Below are positions 62,620-64,000 of a stretch of 64,000 nt of DNA, one piece after another. This stretch comes from Acutalibacteraceae bacterium. GTDB taxonomy: Bacteria; Bacillota; Clostridia; Oscillospirales; Acutalibacteraceae. A program made the translations under genes and the position numbers. Location: the NCBI GenBank assembly GCA_045592625.1, contig JAZNVC010000001.1, positions 136,825 to 200,824 of the forward strand, in the 5' to 3' direction. Every line of letters begins with the position of its first letter. The first letter of the stretch is position 1. The notes under the pieces are model-generated. The model did no database searches. It saw nothing but the letters and a program-made list of their open reading frames with translations, and was not told the DNA's origin.

Positions 62620-63939
62620 ATGTACGACGATAACAGATTTGAAACAGGAAAAAGTCCTTATGAAGCGGATAACGAGGTTCAAAACACCTACGTCACTCCC
62701 GTTTACACTAAACCGTCCGAGCCTGAGGTTAAGCCTAAAAATAAAGAAAATAAGGGTATTGGTAAAATTGTAGTAATCGCCCTTTGCTGTTCTCTTGTGG
62801 GTGCTATTATTGGTTCGGTTATCACTATGGCACTGTGGTCGGGCTTTGGACTTTCTATGGGTTCTACTATAGTTAATGAAGGCCAGCGAAACGAAGTAGA
62901 GATTAAGGTTAATGAGATAGAAACAGGAAAGTTACTTACCGCTGCACAAATATATGCCGCTAACGTAAACGCTACGGTTGGTATTACATCTACTTCGGTA
63001 ACCACTAACTTCTTCGGTTATCCTACTACATCCGCCGCATCGGGTTCGGGATTTATTCTGTCTTCTGACGGCTATGTTGTAACCAACTATCACGTAATAG
63101 AAGATGCTACCAGCGTTAAGGTTGCAACCTATTCTGGCGAAAGCTATGAAGCTACTATTGTCGGTTATGATGAAAGCAACGATTTGGCTGTGCTTAAAAT
63201 AGATGCCAAGGGACTTTCGACAGTTACTGTTGGCGACTCTGATAAAATGAACGTTGGAGACAGCGTAGTAGCCATAGGAAATCCTCTCGGCGAACTTACC
63301 TTCTCGCTCACTTCAGGCTCCGTAAGTGCATTAAGCCGTGAAGTAACAATGTCTAACGGCATTTCTATGGACCTTATTCAAACCGACTGTGCAATAAATT
63401 CAGGAAACTCCGGCGGTGCACTCTTTAATATGTATGGTGAGGTTATAGGTATAACCAACGCTAAATATTCCACAAGCAGCAGTTCGGGTGCTTCCATTGA
63501 TAATATCGGTTTTGCCATTCCTATGAATAACGTTATTGATTTAATTAAGAGCCTTATGGAAAATGGTTATATTTCCAAGGCATATATCGGTGTTTCGGTA
63601 GAAGACGTAAGTGAAAAGAATCAGGAATATGGACTTCCCGCAGGTGCTGCAGTTTCTGCTGTTTCCGAAAACGGCCCTTGTGAGAAAGCTGGAGTAAAGG
63701 CTAAAGATATTATAACAAAGGTAAACGGACAGGAAATAAAAGGTTCTTCCGACCTTAAGAAAATTGTTTCTTCCAGCAAAGGCGGAGATAAGCTAAACCT
63801 TACAATTTATAGACAAGGACAGATATTGGAAATAACCGTAACGGTTGAGGAACAAAGACAAACCGCTGCTGCACAGCAACAGCAAGAGGATAGCACAACT
63901 ATTAATCCCTTTAATCCATTTGAACATTTCTTCGGATAA
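62620..63939 (+). CDS. htrA: HtrA/DegP-family serine protease (trypsin-like domain plus PDZ)
   Basis: 439 aa. TM anchor, catalytic triad context TNYHV, DLAVLK and GNSGGAL, and a C-terminal PDZ domain. Confidence 0.9.
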   Translation: MYDDNRFETGKSPYEADNEVQNTYVTPVYTKPSEPEVKPKNKENKGIGKIVVIALCCSLVGAIIGSVITMALWSGFGLSMGSTIVNEGQRNEVEIKVNEIETGKLLTAAQIYAANVNATVGITSTSVTTNFFGYPTTSAASGSGFILSSDGYVVTNYHVIEDATSVKVATYSGESYEATIVGYDESNDLAVLKIDAKGLSTVTVGDSDKMNVGDSVVAIGNPLGELTFSLTSGSVSALSREVTMSNGISMDLIQTDCAINSGNSGGALFNMYGEVIGITNAKYSTSSSSGASIDNIGFAIPMNNVIDLIKSLMENGYISKAYIGVSVEDVSEKNQEYGLPAGAAVSAVSENGPCEKAGVKAKDIITKVNGQEIKGSSDLKKIVSSSKGGDKLNLTIYRQGQILEITVTVEEQRQTAAAQQQQEDSTTINPFNPFEHFFG

Positions 63940-63942
63940 AAT

Positions 63943-63974
63943 AAAACCGACCAAGTTTTTCTTGGTCGGTTTTA
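63943..63974 (+). terminator. htrA terminator
   Basis: aaaaccgaccaag-ttttt-cttggtcggtttt. Confidence 0.8.
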
Positions 63975-64000
63975 TTATAGCTTTGCTATTCTTTCTAAAT

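Overview
This is a chromosomal window from a low-GC, endospore-forming Firmicute of the class Clostridia. spoIID and spoIIE are present, and an mnmE-mnmG-rsmG-parB/noc block suggests the region lies near the origin. About 50 protein genes are tightly packed. Most are housekeeping: dnaJ and htpG, an ABC importer with a Crp/Fnr regulator, tyrS behind a T-box leader, citrate synthase with metF and a split metH, nth, pdxK, hpt, asnA, a tandem glycine riboswitch ahead of a Na+:alanine/glycine symporter, trkAH, an OPT transporter and htrA.

The accessory part spans about 5.5-25.8 kb and holds the interesting material.

1. An XRE/ImmA repressor-protease pair sits divergent from a Zn-ribbon / sigma-region-4-like / dinB operon. 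That operon has a consensus promoter with an 18-bp palindrome filling most of its spacer.
2. A tyrosine recombinase gene is bracketed by 25-bp inverted repeats. The left repeat is duplicated, and each copy sits next to a terminator hairpin. Inside the bracketed segment, a near-consensus extended -10 promoter currently fires into those terminators. After inversion it would fire into the next operon.
3. That operon has nine genes. It starts with an archaeal-type signal peptidase (SipW-like), followed by six proteins with SipW-cognate (TasA/camelysin-type) N-termini. Two are small TasA-like subunits. Three are paralogs with a conserved TasA-like N-module fused to different beta-helix or GLUG-like C-modules. 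One combines that N-terminus with streptococcal-pilin isopeptide-type repeats and a C-terminal membrane anchor.
4. A 2124-aa protein combines a vWA domain, seven pilin-isopeptide-type repeats and the same non-LPXTG C-terminal anchor signature. No sortase gene is in the window.

I read items 2-4 as a candidate phase-variable, sortase-independent, SipW-dependent surface fibre/adhesin system.

All calls come from reading the sequence and ORF translations by eye. No database search or alignment program was run.
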